A stretch of DNA of 64,000 bases, taken from contig JBFWOZ010000004.1 in NCBI GenBank assembly GCA_050250255.1, positions 1 through 64,000 on the forward strand, given 5' to 3'. The translations under genes and the position numbers were made by a program. The notes beneath the pieces were generated by a model that saw only the letters and a program-made list of their open reading frames with translations, was not told the DNA's origin and did not search any database. Position 1 is the first letter of the stretch. Every line of letters starts with the position of its first letter. Shown in pieces: positions 1 through 10,267 of this stretch. The DNA comes from Bdellovibrionales bacterium. GTDB lineage: Bacteria; Bdellovibrionota; Bdellovibrionia; Bdellovibrionales; DASUEL01.

Positions 1-916
1 CCTGCAAACTTGCGTCTGCACTTTGTTGTCTTTGTTCTTCGATACTTCCCTTAATAAAAAATTCGCCCGCTCGGTAACTGGATCTTACGAGCGGTCCGCT
101 CGCGACGTATAGAAAGCCCTTAGCCTCGGCTTCTTTTTGCCACTCTTGAAATTTTTCTGGAGTCACAAAGCTTTCGACTGGAATATGTTTTAATGTTGGC
201 TGTAAGTACTGACCAAAAGTCACGACGTCACAACCGACAGCACGAAGATCACGAAGAGTTGTTCGGATTTCTTCGTCTTGCTCGCCAAGACCTAACATCA
301 ATGAAGTCTTGGTGTACATTTTAGGATTCACACTCTTGATGTATTCCAAAACACCGAGAGATTGTTTGTAACCCGCACGCACATCACGCACACGCTTTTG
401 TAAACGTTCAACGGTTTCTACGTTATGTGCAAATACATCAGGCTTTGCCATGACAAGTTTATGAATAAACTCTTTGTTCCCTTTAAAATCGGGAGTCAAA
501 ATCTCCACGATCATTTCGGGGCGCTGAGATTTGATGGTTTCGATCGTTTTTGCAAAATGCCCTGAGCCTTCATCCGGAAGATCGTCGCGATCCACACTTG
601 TGATCACTACGTACTCAAGATCCATCTGCGCGATCGCAAACCCAACTTTGTAAGGTTCTTCGACATCAATTTTCCCGCGAGGGTTCCCCGTCTTTACCGC
701 ACAGAACTTACAGCCGCGCGTACAGGTGTCACCCATGAGCATAAAGGTCGCGGTTCCACCACTCCAGCACTCTGACATGTTCGGGCAACGTGCCTCTTGG
801 CAAACGGTTGCGAGCTTCAAGTGGCCAAGCATGTCTTTGATGTTGTTATATTTTTCACCCGCTGGCGGACGAATTTTAAGCCATGTCGGTTTGGGAGTTT
901 TAGGAGTTGGTTTCAT
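1..916 (-). CDS. lipA: Lipoyl synthase (runs off left edge; absent from ORF track)
   Basis: Manual translation from ATG at 916: MKPTPKTPKPTWLKIRPP...TVCQEARCPNMSECW (CX4CX5C)...CTRGCKFC (radical SAM); no stop before position 1. Confidence 0.96.
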   Translation of the reverse strand, partial: MKPTPKTPKPTWLKIRPPAGEKYNNIKDMLGHLKLATVCQEARCPNMSECWSGGTATFMLMGDTCTRGCKFCAVKTGNPRGKIDVEEPYKVGFAIAQMDLEYVVITSVDRDDLPDEGSGHFAKTIETIKSQRPEMIVEILTPDFKGNKEFIHKLVMAKPDVFAHNVETVERLQKRVRDVRAGYKQSLGVLEYIKSVNPKMYTKTSLMLGLGEQDEEIRTTLRDLRAVGCDVVTFGQYLQPTLKHIPVESFVTPEKFQEWQKEAEAKGFLYVASGPLVRSSYRAGEFFIKGSIEEQRQQSADASLQ

Positions 917-1009
917 GCTTTTTTATTTTTAGTTTACGAGAGAGAATTATGCAAGAAGTCATTGTGTCATTTCTTGACGTGCCTTCCCTCCTGAGAGCAA
1001 AAGCGTCAT

Positions 1010-1756
1010 ATGAAATTCAAAGGAAAACTCGTCGAAGGCACCCTCCTTCAACGCTATAAACGCTTCTTTGCCGACGTAAAGATTGGCTCTAAAACTATTC
1101 TCGCCCACGTTCCTAATTCAGGAAGCATGAAAGGTTGCAAAGAGCCAGGCTCCCTCTGCCGGGTGACCCATAATCCTGATCCCAAACGGAAACTTCAATA
1201 TACCCTCGAGATGGTCCAAACCTCTACTTCTTGGGTGGGTGTGAATACGAGCCATCCTAATAAACTGGTCATGGAACTTTGGATGCTTAAGAAAGTGAAG
1301 CATTGGAAAAACCTAGATCGCGCTCAGGCCGAAGTGAAAATCAGTAACGAAAGCCGCATTGATTTTGTGATGTGGAATTCTAAAGACTGCGGAGAAGAGC
1401 GACTTCAAAAATACGATTTTAAAAAGACCAAATCCTGTTTTCACTTTGTGGAAGTGAAAAACGTAAGTCTTGCAGAAAACGGCGTGGCCCTTTTTCCCGA
1501 TTCCGTCACCGAACGTGGGCAAAAACATTTACGAGAACTCATGGTCCTTAAAAAACTTGGACACACGAGCGAAATTCTTTTTGTGATACAAAGACAGGAT
1601 TGCAAAAGCTTTTCACCCGCCGACGACATAGATCCCGAATATGGAAAGTTACTACGAGAAGCGATCCAAGCCGGCGTTCAAGCGACCGCACTCGTGTGTG
1701 ATTTGTCTGACGAGGGCATTGAGCTTCTGCCGAAGCCTCTAAAAATAAAAATTTAA
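1010..1756 (+). CDS. sfsA: DNA/RNA nuclease SfsA
   Basis: RYKRFFADV, HVPNSGSM, FVEVKNVSL, FPDSVTERGQKHLREL motifs. Confidence 0.95.
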   Translation: MKFKGKLVEGTLLQRYKRFFADVKIGSKTILAHVPNSGSMKGCKEPGSLCRVTHNPDPKRKLQYTLEMVQTSTSWVGVNTSHPNKLVMELWMLKKVKHWKNLDRAQAEVKISNESRIDFVMWNSKDCGEERLQKYDFKKTKSCFHFVEVKNVSLAENGVALFPDSVTERGQKHLRELMVLKKLGHTSEILFVIQRQDCKSFSPADDIDPEYGKLLREAIQAGVQATALVCDLSDEGIELLPKPLKIKI

Positions 1757-3159
1757 AGTTTACTTAACACAGAGCAGAGCTTTTTGCGCGAGTGCGGAAA
1801 TAACGGGTGAGAATTGGAATCCAATTGAGTATAAACATTTGAGCGCTCTGGTAGCTGTTGTTTTTTCTTTAGTACAGACTGAGCCGCCTTACGGACTTCT
1901 TCTTTGGGGTCCTCAAGGGCTTTTTGCAACATTGCGCCAACCTCGGGACCGTCATAATTTTCTAAAGCCTCGATGGCTCGAGCACGCACGATACGATTGA
2001 TGTCTTCAGATACAATTTTTAGAAGGGATAAAAAAGTTGGATCATTGAGATTTTTTAAAATACGTATCCCGTCAATCTGCACGAGTTGTTTCGAACTCAT
2101 AATTAATTTTTTCAAAGCATCATAAAAGCTCATAGTGGGCTTAGGAGTAGCCGGTACTACATTCGCAACTGGATCCAGCATCTCCTGCAAGTGCGTATAC
2201 ACCGCTCTTTTATGGCCTTGAATGAAAGCTTTCGCCACCTCATGTCCCCACGCCCATGGTTTTGTCTCCTGGGGGTTACTGGCACTCTTTCCTTCAAGCT
2301 CTGAATAATTCTTCTCCAAACGTGGGTCTAAAACCAAAACACCGCCAAAATCGGCAGCAGCAGTTTTTAAACTATCTGATTGTTGGCTTCCAGCGTGGTC
2401 CCTATAAATTTTTGGTGGTGCATCATAGTAAAAAACCCGCCCACTGTGTGCTTGCCGCCCATAGAGAGCCGCAGGAATATGCTCTCCATTTTTTTTCAAA
2501 ATAGAAAATGGAAGTGAGATAATAAAATACGTTTCGACGGTTTCAAAAGCCGTTCTATTTTTAGCATTATGTTCATCAAAAAGAACTTGTGTAGCAGACT
2601 GACGGGTAAGTTCAGCTATCGCTTCTCCTAAAGACATTAAACCATCGCTATGGTCTTTTGTGCGGAGGAGGTCAAGGCGCTGCTCATGGGATCGATCCGT
2701 AATATATTGATGGCTCTGCTGAACAATCTTGTTCCAGATAGCGAGACCTGCACCTTTTACATCTACCAAAGGCAAATCAGATCCAACACGGTGGACAACT
2801 GCACGTCCATAATCTTTAGGGCGGTAGCCCATTTTTCTTGTACGCCAGTAATCTTGAGAACGAGGAATCGGAGATTGGCGAATGTTATTAAGAACCGACT
2901 GATAGCGGCTGATAAAAGCAAATTCCTTTAAAATCCACTGTTCCATCTCAGGGTCAGAGAATTGTCGTGTAAAGGGAAAATCTCGCTCAAGGGCAAAACG
3001 ATTAAAGTAAGCCACCTGAGACCCTGGCACATACACCATCATATTTTGTGCTACAGGATGCTCTAAATGTTTAGGATTTGTAATTCGGTAGGGTACATCG
3101 GCCAACACCGTATAAGACAGAAACCATTGTAAAAAAAGAAACGAGATGGCGTGTTTCAT
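1753..3159 (-). CDS. Secreted divergent SelO/YdiU-like (kinase-fold) protein with C-terminal HEAT repeats
   Basis: Signal peptide MKHAISFLFLQWFLSYTVLA; VAYFN, YGRA, VDVKGAG, DGLMSLGEAIAE and ADFGG occur in SelO motif order; HEAT-like repeats VRARAIEAL and LEDPKEEVRKAA. Confidence 0.6.
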   Translation of the reverse strand: MKHAISFLFLQWFLSYTVLADVPYRITNPKHLEHPVAQNMMVYVPGSQVAYFNRFALERDFPFTRQFSDPEMEQWILKEFAFISRYQSVLNNIRQSPIPRSQDYWRTRKMGYRPKDYGRAVVHRVGSDLPLVDVKGAGLAIWNKIVQQSHQYITDRSHEQRLDLLRTKDHSDGLMSLGEAIAELTRQSATQVLFDEHNAKNRTAFETVETYFIISLPFSILKKNGEHIPAALYGRQAHSGRVFYYDAPPKIYRDHAGSQQSDSLKTAAADFGGVLVLDPRLEKNYSELEGKSASNPQETKPWAWGHEVAKAFIQGHKRAVYTHLQEMLDPVANVVPATPKPTMSFYDALKKLIMSSKQLVQIDGIRILKNLNDPTFLSLLKIVSEDINRIVRARAIEALENYDGPEVGAMLQKALEDPKEEVRKAAQSVLKKKQQLPERSNVYTQLDSNSHPLFPHSRKKLCSVLSKL

Positions 3160-3172
3160 AGGACTTAACCTA

Positions 3173-3188
3173 AGCAATCATTATTCCA
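3173..3188 (-). promoter_or_regulatory. sigma54-type -24/-12 promoter
   Basis: Minus strand TGGAATAATGATTGCT (GG-N10-GC with TTGC), 14 nt before ATG at 3159. Confidence 0.6.
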
Positions 3189-3292
3189 GGGAAATACTTT
3201 TTAAAAGCAGAGAGCGGGAATTGAGCTTAAGAATCAGAAATGAAAGGACCTTTGCAGGCACTATGGCTAACAAATTGACATCAAAAAGCCAT

Positions 3293-3325
3293 AAAAAAAC
3301 CCGACAACCCTTGCGAGCTGTCGGG
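3293..3325 (-). terminator. Intrinsic terminator after the DsbA-like gene
   Basis: CCCGACA/TGTCGGG stem followed by a U7 tract on the minus strand. Confidence 0.75.
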
Positions 3326-3340
3326 CGAATAAAAACGAAA

Positions 3341-4132
3341 TTAGTTAACGCCTTTGTCTTTCAACAGACGATCAATGATTTTTTCAAACTCAGGAAGTGG
3401 GTAAGCACCTTTGAGGGAAATTCCGCCAACAAGGTATCCAGGAGTTCCTTGGAAACCGAATTGTTTTGCCTCTGCCATGTCAGCTTCGATGCGCTTTTTA
3501 ACTTCTTCGCCTTCCATGTCTTTTTTCATCTTCGCGATATCGGCACCCGCTTTACGAGCCGCTGCATCTAAGAATTTTTCTTTTTCAGTGCGAAGTTTAT
3601 CTTGGCCTGCGAAAACTTCATCGTGAAATTTGAAAGCTTTTTCTGGGCTCTGAAGAGCGATCGCTTCAAAACGCTTCGCTGCCGGCATTGCCATTGGGTG
3701 GAAATCAAGAGGTAAGTTTTTGAAAATAAAACGGACTTTATTTCCGTATTTTGCTTTGATGGCGTTGACAGTTTCATAACCACGCTTACAGAACGGACAC
3801 TCGAAATCTGAATATTCGATCAAAACAATCGGAGCATCTTTTGGTCCTTGGTAGGCACGGTCGTCAGAGATTTGAGCTTGTTTTGGATTTTTAAACTCTT
3901 CTTCACGGCGAGTTTCTTCTTCTTTTGCCTCACGATCACGACTGCCTTTTTGAGCTTCTTGAGCAGCAGTCTGAATCGCTTCCATCACTTCAACTGGGTG
4001 CTTTTTAATCGCATCAGCTAAAATTGTAGGATCTGACTCCAAAGTTTTTTTAAGTTGAGAAGCAGAAGGAGAGCATCCCACTGCAAAAATCATTGCCGTT
4101 GCGAAAAAAATCTGACCGATCAGGTGTTTCAC
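3341..4132 (-). CDS. DsbA/BdbD-family thiol-disulfide oxidoreductase lipoprotein
   Basis: Lipobox AVGC; YSDFECPFC active site; GTP cis-Pro motif. Confidence 0.9.
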   Translation of the reverse strand: MKHLIGQIFFATAMIFAVGCSPSASQLKKTLESDPTILADAIKKHPVEVMEAIQTAAQEAQKGSRDREAKEEETRREEEFKNPKQAQISDDRAYQGPKDAPIVLIEYSDFECPFCKRGYETVNAIKAKYGNKVRFIFKNLPLDFHPMAMPAAKRFEAIALQSPEKAFKFHDEVFAGQDKLRTEKEKFLDAAARKAGADIAKMKKDMEGEEVKKRIEADMAEAKQFGFQGTPGYLVGGISLKGAYPLPEFEKIIDRLLKDKGVN

Positions 4133-4240
4133 TGTAGTTCCTCCGAGTGATAGTTTTTGAATCTAAGCCTTACCATTATAGAGAAAACTTCAAAAAAAAC
4201 TCAAATGGAAAAGGGATTTTCCTGGGTAAGAACACCGACT

Positions 4241-5164
4241 TTAGTCTTTAGGAACATCTTGAGCAACAATGACGGCCCGCGCCTCATACTCTGTGTCACC
4301 ATGCAGACTGCGAATTTGGTAGGTTTGCTCGACTTTAGCAACCATACGCTGAAGAACTCCAAAGACTAAGGTTTCGTGGCTCTGACTTTGAGAAGATGTA
4401 ACATACCCCACCTTTTTACCCTCAAAAAAGATCTCACTCTGCGCAGGCAGAACCACGGCACGCGGCATTTCCAGGAGCACAAGCTTCTTCGCTACGTTCC
4501 CGTAAGTAAAAAGTCGCTCCACCACTTCTTGTCCCGGATAACAACCTTTGTTGCGACTGATGTGCCCATACAATCCCGCTTCGAGAATAATTTGTGTCTC
4601 CCCAACATCCACCTGATCTTTTGGGACAAAGTTTTTCATTTGAAGAAAATCATAAGTTTCGGAGGAGAGTTTTTGAAGCGGTTCTTTTTGGAGGATGTCG
4701 TTCAGAATTTTTGCAGAAGCTTCCACTTCAGTTCCGATCAAAAGACCATCTTCACCGGTTTTCTCCCATTTAGGCAGCTTGAGAAAAAAGCAGGTGTTGT
4801 TCGTTGCTGTATCAATTTTCGTTTCGATATTTTGGAGATCTTGTCCTCGTACTTCGATCCAAATCCATTTCGGTGCGTGTTCGAATTTTAAGTTTTCACC
4901 AAAGTGGAATTTATCTAAAAACGCGAGAGTTTTTTCGAGTGATTGTGGAGCCACAATTAAAAGAACTTGATCCTGATCCACAAGTGCGTGAAAGAGCGAA
5001 ACCACGGTTCCGTTGCCATTGAGAAAAGCCCCTGCAGAGAACTCCCCGGCTTTGGGATTTTTAAAGTTGCGTGAAGAAAGTCGCTGCAAAAAATCATATC
5101 GATCGGGCCCAGTGAGACGAATTGTTTGTTTTGGATTTTCTAAGTAGTAGAAACCGTTTTTCAT
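4241..5164 (-). CDS. ygfZ: YgfZ/GcvT-like folate-binding Fe-S maturation protein
   Basis: KGCYPGQEVV signature; GPDRYDFLQ N-terminal motif. Confidence 0.9.
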   Translation of the reverse strand: MKNGFYYLENPKQTIRLTGPDRYDFLQRLSSRNFKNPKAGEFSAGAFLNGNGTVVSLFHALVDQDQVLLIVAPQSLEKTLAFLDKFHFGENLKFEHAPKWIWIEVRGQDLQNIETKIDTATNNTCFFLKLPKWEKTGEDGLLIGTEVEASAKILNDILQKEPLQKLSSETYDFLQMKNFVPKDQVDVGETQIILEAGLYGHISRNKGCYPGQEVVERLFTYGNVAKKLVLLEMPRAVVLPAQSEIFFEGKKVGYVTSSQSQSHETLVFGVLQRMVAKVEQTYQIRSLHGDTEYEARAVIVAQDVPKD

Positions 5165-5403
5165 GGATTAATAATTATTCCTATTTTATCTAGAGCGCAA
5201 GTAAAGCATGACCCATACAACCTCATTGCTTCACCGCACTCCGCGACCACATATATTTATTATGGTTGGTACAAAGGATCCTTGAATTCGCGAGAACTTA
5301 TGCTGTTTAAACCTGACTCCATTGCGGAGGCAATCATGCGTTATGGTTCAACCCCATACTCTCGTTCGACGCGACAAACACGAACCTCCCTAAACACTGT
5401 TTC

Positions 5404-5419
5404 TGGAACCCTTTTTGCT
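5404..5419 (+). promoter_or_regulatory. sigma54-type promoter
   Basis: TGGAACCCTTTTTGCT (GG-N10-GC) upstream of the secreted orphan at 5496. Confidence 0.55.
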
Positions 5420-5495
5420 CTCATACTTCTAAGGAACGCTCGCAAATTCATTATTTGCAGATGGCGCTCATAATCTCTGTTAGGAGTGACATTTT

Positions 5496-6179
5496 ATGTC
5501 AATATTTGGACGTTTATTGTGTGCAAAAGCAGTTCTTTTTTCCTCGGGTTTTGCCTTGGCAACCCCTAGCTTTCAAACGTTGGAGCTTAACGATAAGAGC
5601 TATGATGAGATGTATACGATCGTAAAAGCAGAAACCAGAAAGTGTTATGACCGCGCTAACGAAATCGAGAAAGCCGCGAGCAGAGAAATCTCCGTTGAAC
5701 AGTCTGATCAATTCATCGGTGAAGATCAAAGCCCCGAGCTTGTTGCTTGCCTCACAAAAGTTTCTGGTCTCGTGCTCGCTCGTAAAGATCTCAATGACAA
5801 AGTTGTTCCTAATCTCTTTCAAAAATCCACTCTCGAACTCAATGATGAACACCGTAAGTTCGTGCTCAAAGCCGTGCTTGAAAGTGCCGTTGCTGATTAC
5901 AAAGCTCTTTTAAAGAGAGTGATGGAAGCAACCGGTGAAGATCGCCGAAAGCTCATCCCGGAACTTGCAACTTCTTACGAACAGATCGTGAACTCACTGA
6001 GCGAATTAAAACCTCTCTTAAAAAAGCAGCCTGAAGAAGCAAAGCCGCTCTTTAAGTTTGTAAGCCAAGCTGATCTTGAGCCCACTGAGGAACTTAAAAA
6101 TTTCCACCGCAACCATGGCGGCGGCGAGACCCTCGACCTTTCTGAAAAGGCCGAAGAAATCCTCGAAGAGATTCATTAA
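5496..6179 (+). CDS. Hypothetical secreted alpha-helical protein
   Basis: RBS AGGAG, signal peptide ending GFALA, helical acidic composition. Confidence 0.75.
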   Translation: MSIFGRLLCAKAVLFSSGFALATPSFQTLELNDKSYDEMYTIVKAETRKCYDRANEIEKAASREISVEQSDQFIGEDQSPELVACLTKVSGLVLARKDLNDKVVPNLFQKSTLELNDEHRKFVLKAVLESAVADYKALLKRVMEATGEDRRKLIPELATSYEQIVNSLSELKPLLKKQPEEAKPLFKFVSQADLEPTEELKNFHRNHGGGETLDLSEKAEEILEEIH

Positions 6180-6405
6180 AAGAGCCCGACTTTTGACCTC
6201 CTTTTCCTTTCCGCAAAGCATTGAAAAAGGCTTTGCGAGCACTTCTCATTCCATCCTATTTTAGCTCGACTTTCGCCCTGAAGAGCGGCTTGACATCAGC
6301 CGCGTTTCTGAAACATATAGTCATGAAAACACAGGGATTTTCCGAATATAAATCAAGTCCTCTCTCGTTTTAAAAAACGCATCTGGAAAATCAAAGGAAT
6401 AGAAC

Positions 6406-9240
6406 TTGGGAACACAACAAAAAAAATCAGTAAAGTCCGCTGCACTTCCCGCCTACGATGTGAAAACTCTCAACAAGATTGCGGAACGTGCTCTTTATCT
6501 CGCCACCCAAATGATTCATCGTGCGAATGAGAGACCTGACAAACAAAAGGGCGATCCAAAAATCGGTGGTCACCAATCGGCGTCTTCAAGCTCCCTCCAC
6601 ATTCTCGGAGCGCTTCACCTCGTCGTTCAAAGTGGCTTCGATCATTTCGCCGTGAAGCCACACGCTTCGCCAACAAATCATTCTTACAATTATCTTTTAG
6701 ATTTGCTTCTCAACGGCGATCACTCGCGATTTAATCTTGAGCAAGCCAACCAAGCGATGGATGGCTTACGTAAATTTTCACAAAACGGCGAACCTGTTTT
6801 CCAAAGTTATCACTCTCACTACGATCCTGATCATCACAACTTTCTTCCGTCAGGAACTGTGGGTATCCCACCCGTAAATTTGGGTTACCTTGCTCACGCA
6901 TACAGATTTGCCGAAGAACACGGTTACAAAGTGCCTCAAGCGCATTTCTGGGCTCTCATCGGAGATTCCGAGTATCGTGAAGGATCTCTCTATGAAGCGA
7001 TTCCAGATTTTGCCGAACGTGAAATTGGAAACCTCACTTGGATCGTCGATTACAACCGACAAAGTCTTGATGGCCATCGTATCACCAACAAAAACATCAT
7101 GAACGGAACCGACGACACACGTATCGAACGCACGGCCGTGGCTAACGGTTGGGAAGTGATTCAAGTTCGTCACGGATCTCACCGTAAAAAAATGTTCCAA
7201 AAGCCAGGCGGCGATATTTTCCAAAAATACATCGAAGAGGTTTTACAAGATTACGAATTTCAGGCGCTTCTTCTTGTGACCGACGTGAAGATGATCCGCG
7301 AGCAAATGTTGGAAGATGATCCTCAACTGAAGAAATTTTTAGACAACGTCAAAGATGAAGAGCTGTATCAATCTCTTCGTGATCTTGGCGGGCATGACTT
7401 TGAGCAGCTCATTGAAGCCATGATGAAAAGTAAAGAGAACCAACGTCGCCCTACGCTTATCATCGCTCACACCGTAAAAGGTTGGGGCCTCAGTAGCGCG
7501 GCCGCGTGCGGCAACCACTCGAGTCTCGTCGGAGAGTCGGAAGTAGAAGAACTGAAAAAGAAGACCGGCGTTAAAGGCGATAGCCTCTACGAACGTTTTT
7601 CTTCTCAAAGCGAGGAAGGTCAGTACCTCAAAAAACGTGGCGACCAGCTCTATTCGCAAATCAAAGAGCAGTATCAATTGAGGGCCGAGAACGAAGAGAA
7701 TCTCACAAAACAAATCAAACAATTTGGTCCTCTCGCTACATCTCTTGATATCAATCTCAAAATGGTGAATTATCCACACACACAGTGGATGCTTGGCCAA
7801 TTAACTGCAAAGCTCACTCGAGCCGCCAATACACCCCTTGATCCTAAAAAATTAGAAAAGAACCAAAAAGAACTCACCGACTTTGAAAAACCTTTTAAAA
7901 TGGTCGGTGAATATCTCGTTTCGATGGCTCCTGACGTAGGAACAAGTACGAACTTAAATCCGGCGATGGACGGAAAAATTTTTGGTGCACCAACCGTTGA
8001 GGATTTCGAATCGGATTTAAATGTAAAAGACAATAAACTTCCAGATCTTGTTCCGGGAGAAGAAGTTTCCGATCGTTTCTTACGTTTTGAAATTGCTGAA
8101 GGCAATGTGATGTCTTGCATGGGTTCTTATGGTCAAATGCGTAGACTTCTTGGAATCCCGCTGATTCCGCTTATGACCGTTTATGACTTCTTCGTGAAAC
8201 GCGCGCTTGATCAATTCTTTTATAATCTCTATTGGCAGTCGAGCTTCATCTTAGTTGGAACTCCTTCGGGCGTGACCCTCTCACCAGAAGGTGCTCAGCA
8301 TGGATGGAAATCAGACTTCCAAATTCCTAACCAAATCACTTGGGAGCCGTTCTACTGCTTAGAGCTCGATTGGATTTTGGTGGAATCTCTTCGCCGACAT
8401 TTCGAAAACGATAACCAAGGACGCATGGGTGTTTTCATCCGCGCGGTCACTCGGGGTACCGATCAAAAAACAATGTTGCAACTTTTAAAACGACAAGCTC
8501 GTTTTAAAAACCTCAGCGACGGACAACAATTATGTCACGCATCTTTCGCACTCCCAAACGCGGTGGATGAAACACAAGTTGAGAACATTGCGGATGCGGA
8601 AATTTTAGAACAAGTGCGCCAAGATGTTCTCAAGGGCGGTTACTACCTCATCGATTACCGCGGTTACGCGGGTTATGAACCTGGAGACAATGTCGTGAAT
8701 ATTTTTGCGATGGGCTCTATGGGAACCGAAGCCATTGCCGCTTCCGAGCAACTTCTTGCACGCGGCATTTACGCAAACGTGATTATGGTCACTTGTACTG
8801 ATTTACTTGTTGGTAATCTCGCGCATGAAAATGGCTACGATCATTTAAAGAATGGTCTTGGGATCAATGGCGATCTTTATTTACAACCTCGCGTGAACGG
8901 CAGCGCCACACCTCCCGAAATCATGACTCTGTCGGGTCGTCGTATTCCTGCGGTGAGTGTGCATGACGGAGAACCGGGACTTCTTGATAATTTAGGATCA
9001 ATCGTGGGTGTAAGACAAGAATCCCTCGCAGTTCGTAAACACTCCAAGTGTGGTCGTCCCGTTGACGTGTACCAGTATCACCATATCGACGTGGAATCCG
9101 TGGTCGAAGCGGTCGGCAAAGTTCTTTCCGAAACAGCCCTTGAAGAAGTTCGCGTGAGTAATCGAGCTCTCCACTGGGAACAAAAAGAAGAACGACCAAA
9201 TTGGCAAGAACTGTGGCCCACTAGAATTCACGATTCATAA
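6406..9240 (+). CDS. aceE: Pyruvate dehydrogenase E1, homodimeric AceE type
   Basis: GGHQSASSS, KPHASP, TPP motif GDSE...VDYNRQSLDG, TLSPEGAQH. Confidence 0.9.
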   Translation: MGTQQKKSVKSAALPAYDVKTLNKIAERALYLATQMIHRANERPDKQKGDPKIGGHQSASSSSLHILGALHLVVQSGFDHFAVKPHASPTNHSYNYLLDLLLNGDHSRFNLEQANQAMDGLRKFSQNGEPVFQSYHSHYDPDHHNFLPSGTVGIPPVNLGYLAHAYRFAEEHGYKVPQAHFWALIGDSEYREGSLYEAIPDFAEREIGNLTWIVDYNRQSLDGHRITNKNIMNGTDDTRIERTAVANGWEVIQVRHGSHRKKMFQKPGGDIFQKYIEEVLQDYEFQALLLVTDVKMIREQMLEDDPQLKKFLDNVKDEELYQSLRDLGGHDFEQLIEAMMKSKENQRRPTLIIAHTVKGWGLSSAAACGNHSSLVGESEVEELKKKTGVKGDSLYERFSSQSEEGQYLKKRGDQLYSQIKEQYQLRAENEENLTKQIKQFGPLATSLDINLKMVNYPHTQWMLGQLTAKLTRAANTPLDPKKLEKNQKELTDFEKPFKMVGEYLVSMAPDVGTSTNLNPAMDGKIFGAPTVEDFESDLNVKDNKLPDLVPGEEVSDRFLRFEIAEGNVMSCMGSYGQMRRLLGIPLIPLMTVYDFFVKRALDQFFYNLYWQSSFILVGTPSGVTLSPEGAQHGWKSDFQIPNQITWEPFYCLELDWILVESLRRHFENDNQGRMGVFIRAVTRGTDQKTMLQLLKRQARFKNLSDGQQLCHASFALPNAVDETQVENIADAEILEQVRQDVLKGGYYLIDYRGYAGYEPGDNVVNIFAMGSMGTEAIAASEQLLARGIYANVIMVTCTDLLVGNLAHENGYDHLKNGLGINGDLYLQPRVNGSATPPEIMTLSGRRIPAVSVHDGEPGLLDNLGSIVGVRQESLAVRKHSKCGRPVDVYQYHHIDVESVVEAVGKVLSETALEEVRVSNRALHWEQKEERPNWQELWPTRIHDS

Positions 9241-9245
9241 ATTGA

Positions 9246-9995
9246 GTGAGTTCCTTAAATTCCACTCTACAAACGTTTGAGCCTAAAGAACGACGGTATG
9301 AACATACGGTCGTTCTCGTCCCTTTTTTCGATGGAACCGTACAACAACTTCTCCCCCACATTCGTATGCTGAACCAACTAGGGTTTCGCGTGGCGAGCTT
9401 TGATCTCAAAATGAAGTCTTGGCTTCAACTTCCTCTCGTCAAAGAAAATGGAAAAGTTTTGTTTGGTATTAAACATCTTTGGGCTAAAAAAATCGCTGAG
9501 GTGCTAGACCAAGTAGAAGGAAAAAAAGTTCTCTTCACTCTTTCTAACCCTAGTTCTTGTGCACTCGAAGCCATGGCTCTCCGACCAATTCAGGATGTGG
9601 AACTTATAATTTGTGACGGTGGGCCCTTTGATCTGATGGTGGAGTGTGGGGAAAACTTACTCGAGCATTATTACAAATGGAAAAACCCGCTCATCAGAAA
9701 AACTTTGAACATCGGGCTCTATGCTTTGTGGAGTCCTATTCATCATAAAACTTTGCACAAAAGCCTCGCGCAATTACCTCATGGTTTTCCGATTCTCTCG
9801 ATTCGCGCCGAAGAGGACGAACTCGTCCCTCCTCGCGCCATCGAAGCGGCCTTTGCGGGCCACTCTCAATTGAAACTTGAAATTTTAAATTTATCAGGGG
9901 TGAAGCACCTGAAGGGACTGAAAGACCAACCCGCGGTGTATCGATCAAAAGTGTCAGACTTTCTTCAGCAATATTTAAAATATTCCACCTATTAA
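9246..9995 (+). CDS. Alpha/beta hydrolase fold protein
   Basis: FTLSN elbow, EDELVP (Asp) and KHLKG (His) in alpha/beta hydrolase order. Confidence 0.65.
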   Translation: MSSLNSTLQTFEPKERRYEHTVVLVPFFDGTVQQLLPHIRMLNQLGFRVASFDLKMKSWLQLPLVKENGKVLFGIKHLWAKKIAEVLDQVEGKKVLFTLSNPSSCALEAMALRPIQDVELIICDGGPFDLMVECGENLLEHYYKWKNPLIRKTLNIGLYALWSPIHHKTLHKSLAQLPHGFPILSIRAEEDELVPPRAIEAAFAGHSQLKLEILNLSGVKHLKGLKDQPAVYRSKVSDFLQQYLKYSTY

Positions 9996-10102
9996 TTTAA
10001 TATGCAAACCGACTTTCGGATTCCAATCCCTTCAAAAACCTCAATTATTACGGAAAGTTAGGGGCCGATAGCTTGCATTACAATGAAGCTATGGAGGACC
10101 CC

Positions 10103-10267
10103 ATGGCATCTCAAAAAACAGTTAGAGACATAATTAAAAACATTCAGAGCATACGCAAACAGCCCTTTAGTGAAAACCGTATTCAACGAATCAATAAAAT
10201 ATTCGAGAAGGAAATCGAGCATGAAAAAGCTAAAAAAGAAAATGCTCATTATCGCCGCAACTTATGA
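10103..10267 (+). CDS. Small basic protein (54 aa)
   Basis: RBS GGAGG before ATG 10103; overlaps the next ORF. Confidence 0.5.
   Translation: MASQKTVRDIIKNIQSIRKQPFSENRIQRINKIFEKEIEHEKAKKENAHYRRNL

Noticed and set aside
5282..5473. 63-aa ORF upstream of the gene at 5496
   Set aside because: Overlaps the sigma54 box and has no recognisable coding features.
10046..10071. sigma28 promoter at GCCGATAG
   Set aside because: Good -10, but no TAAA-like -35 at 15-bp spacing.
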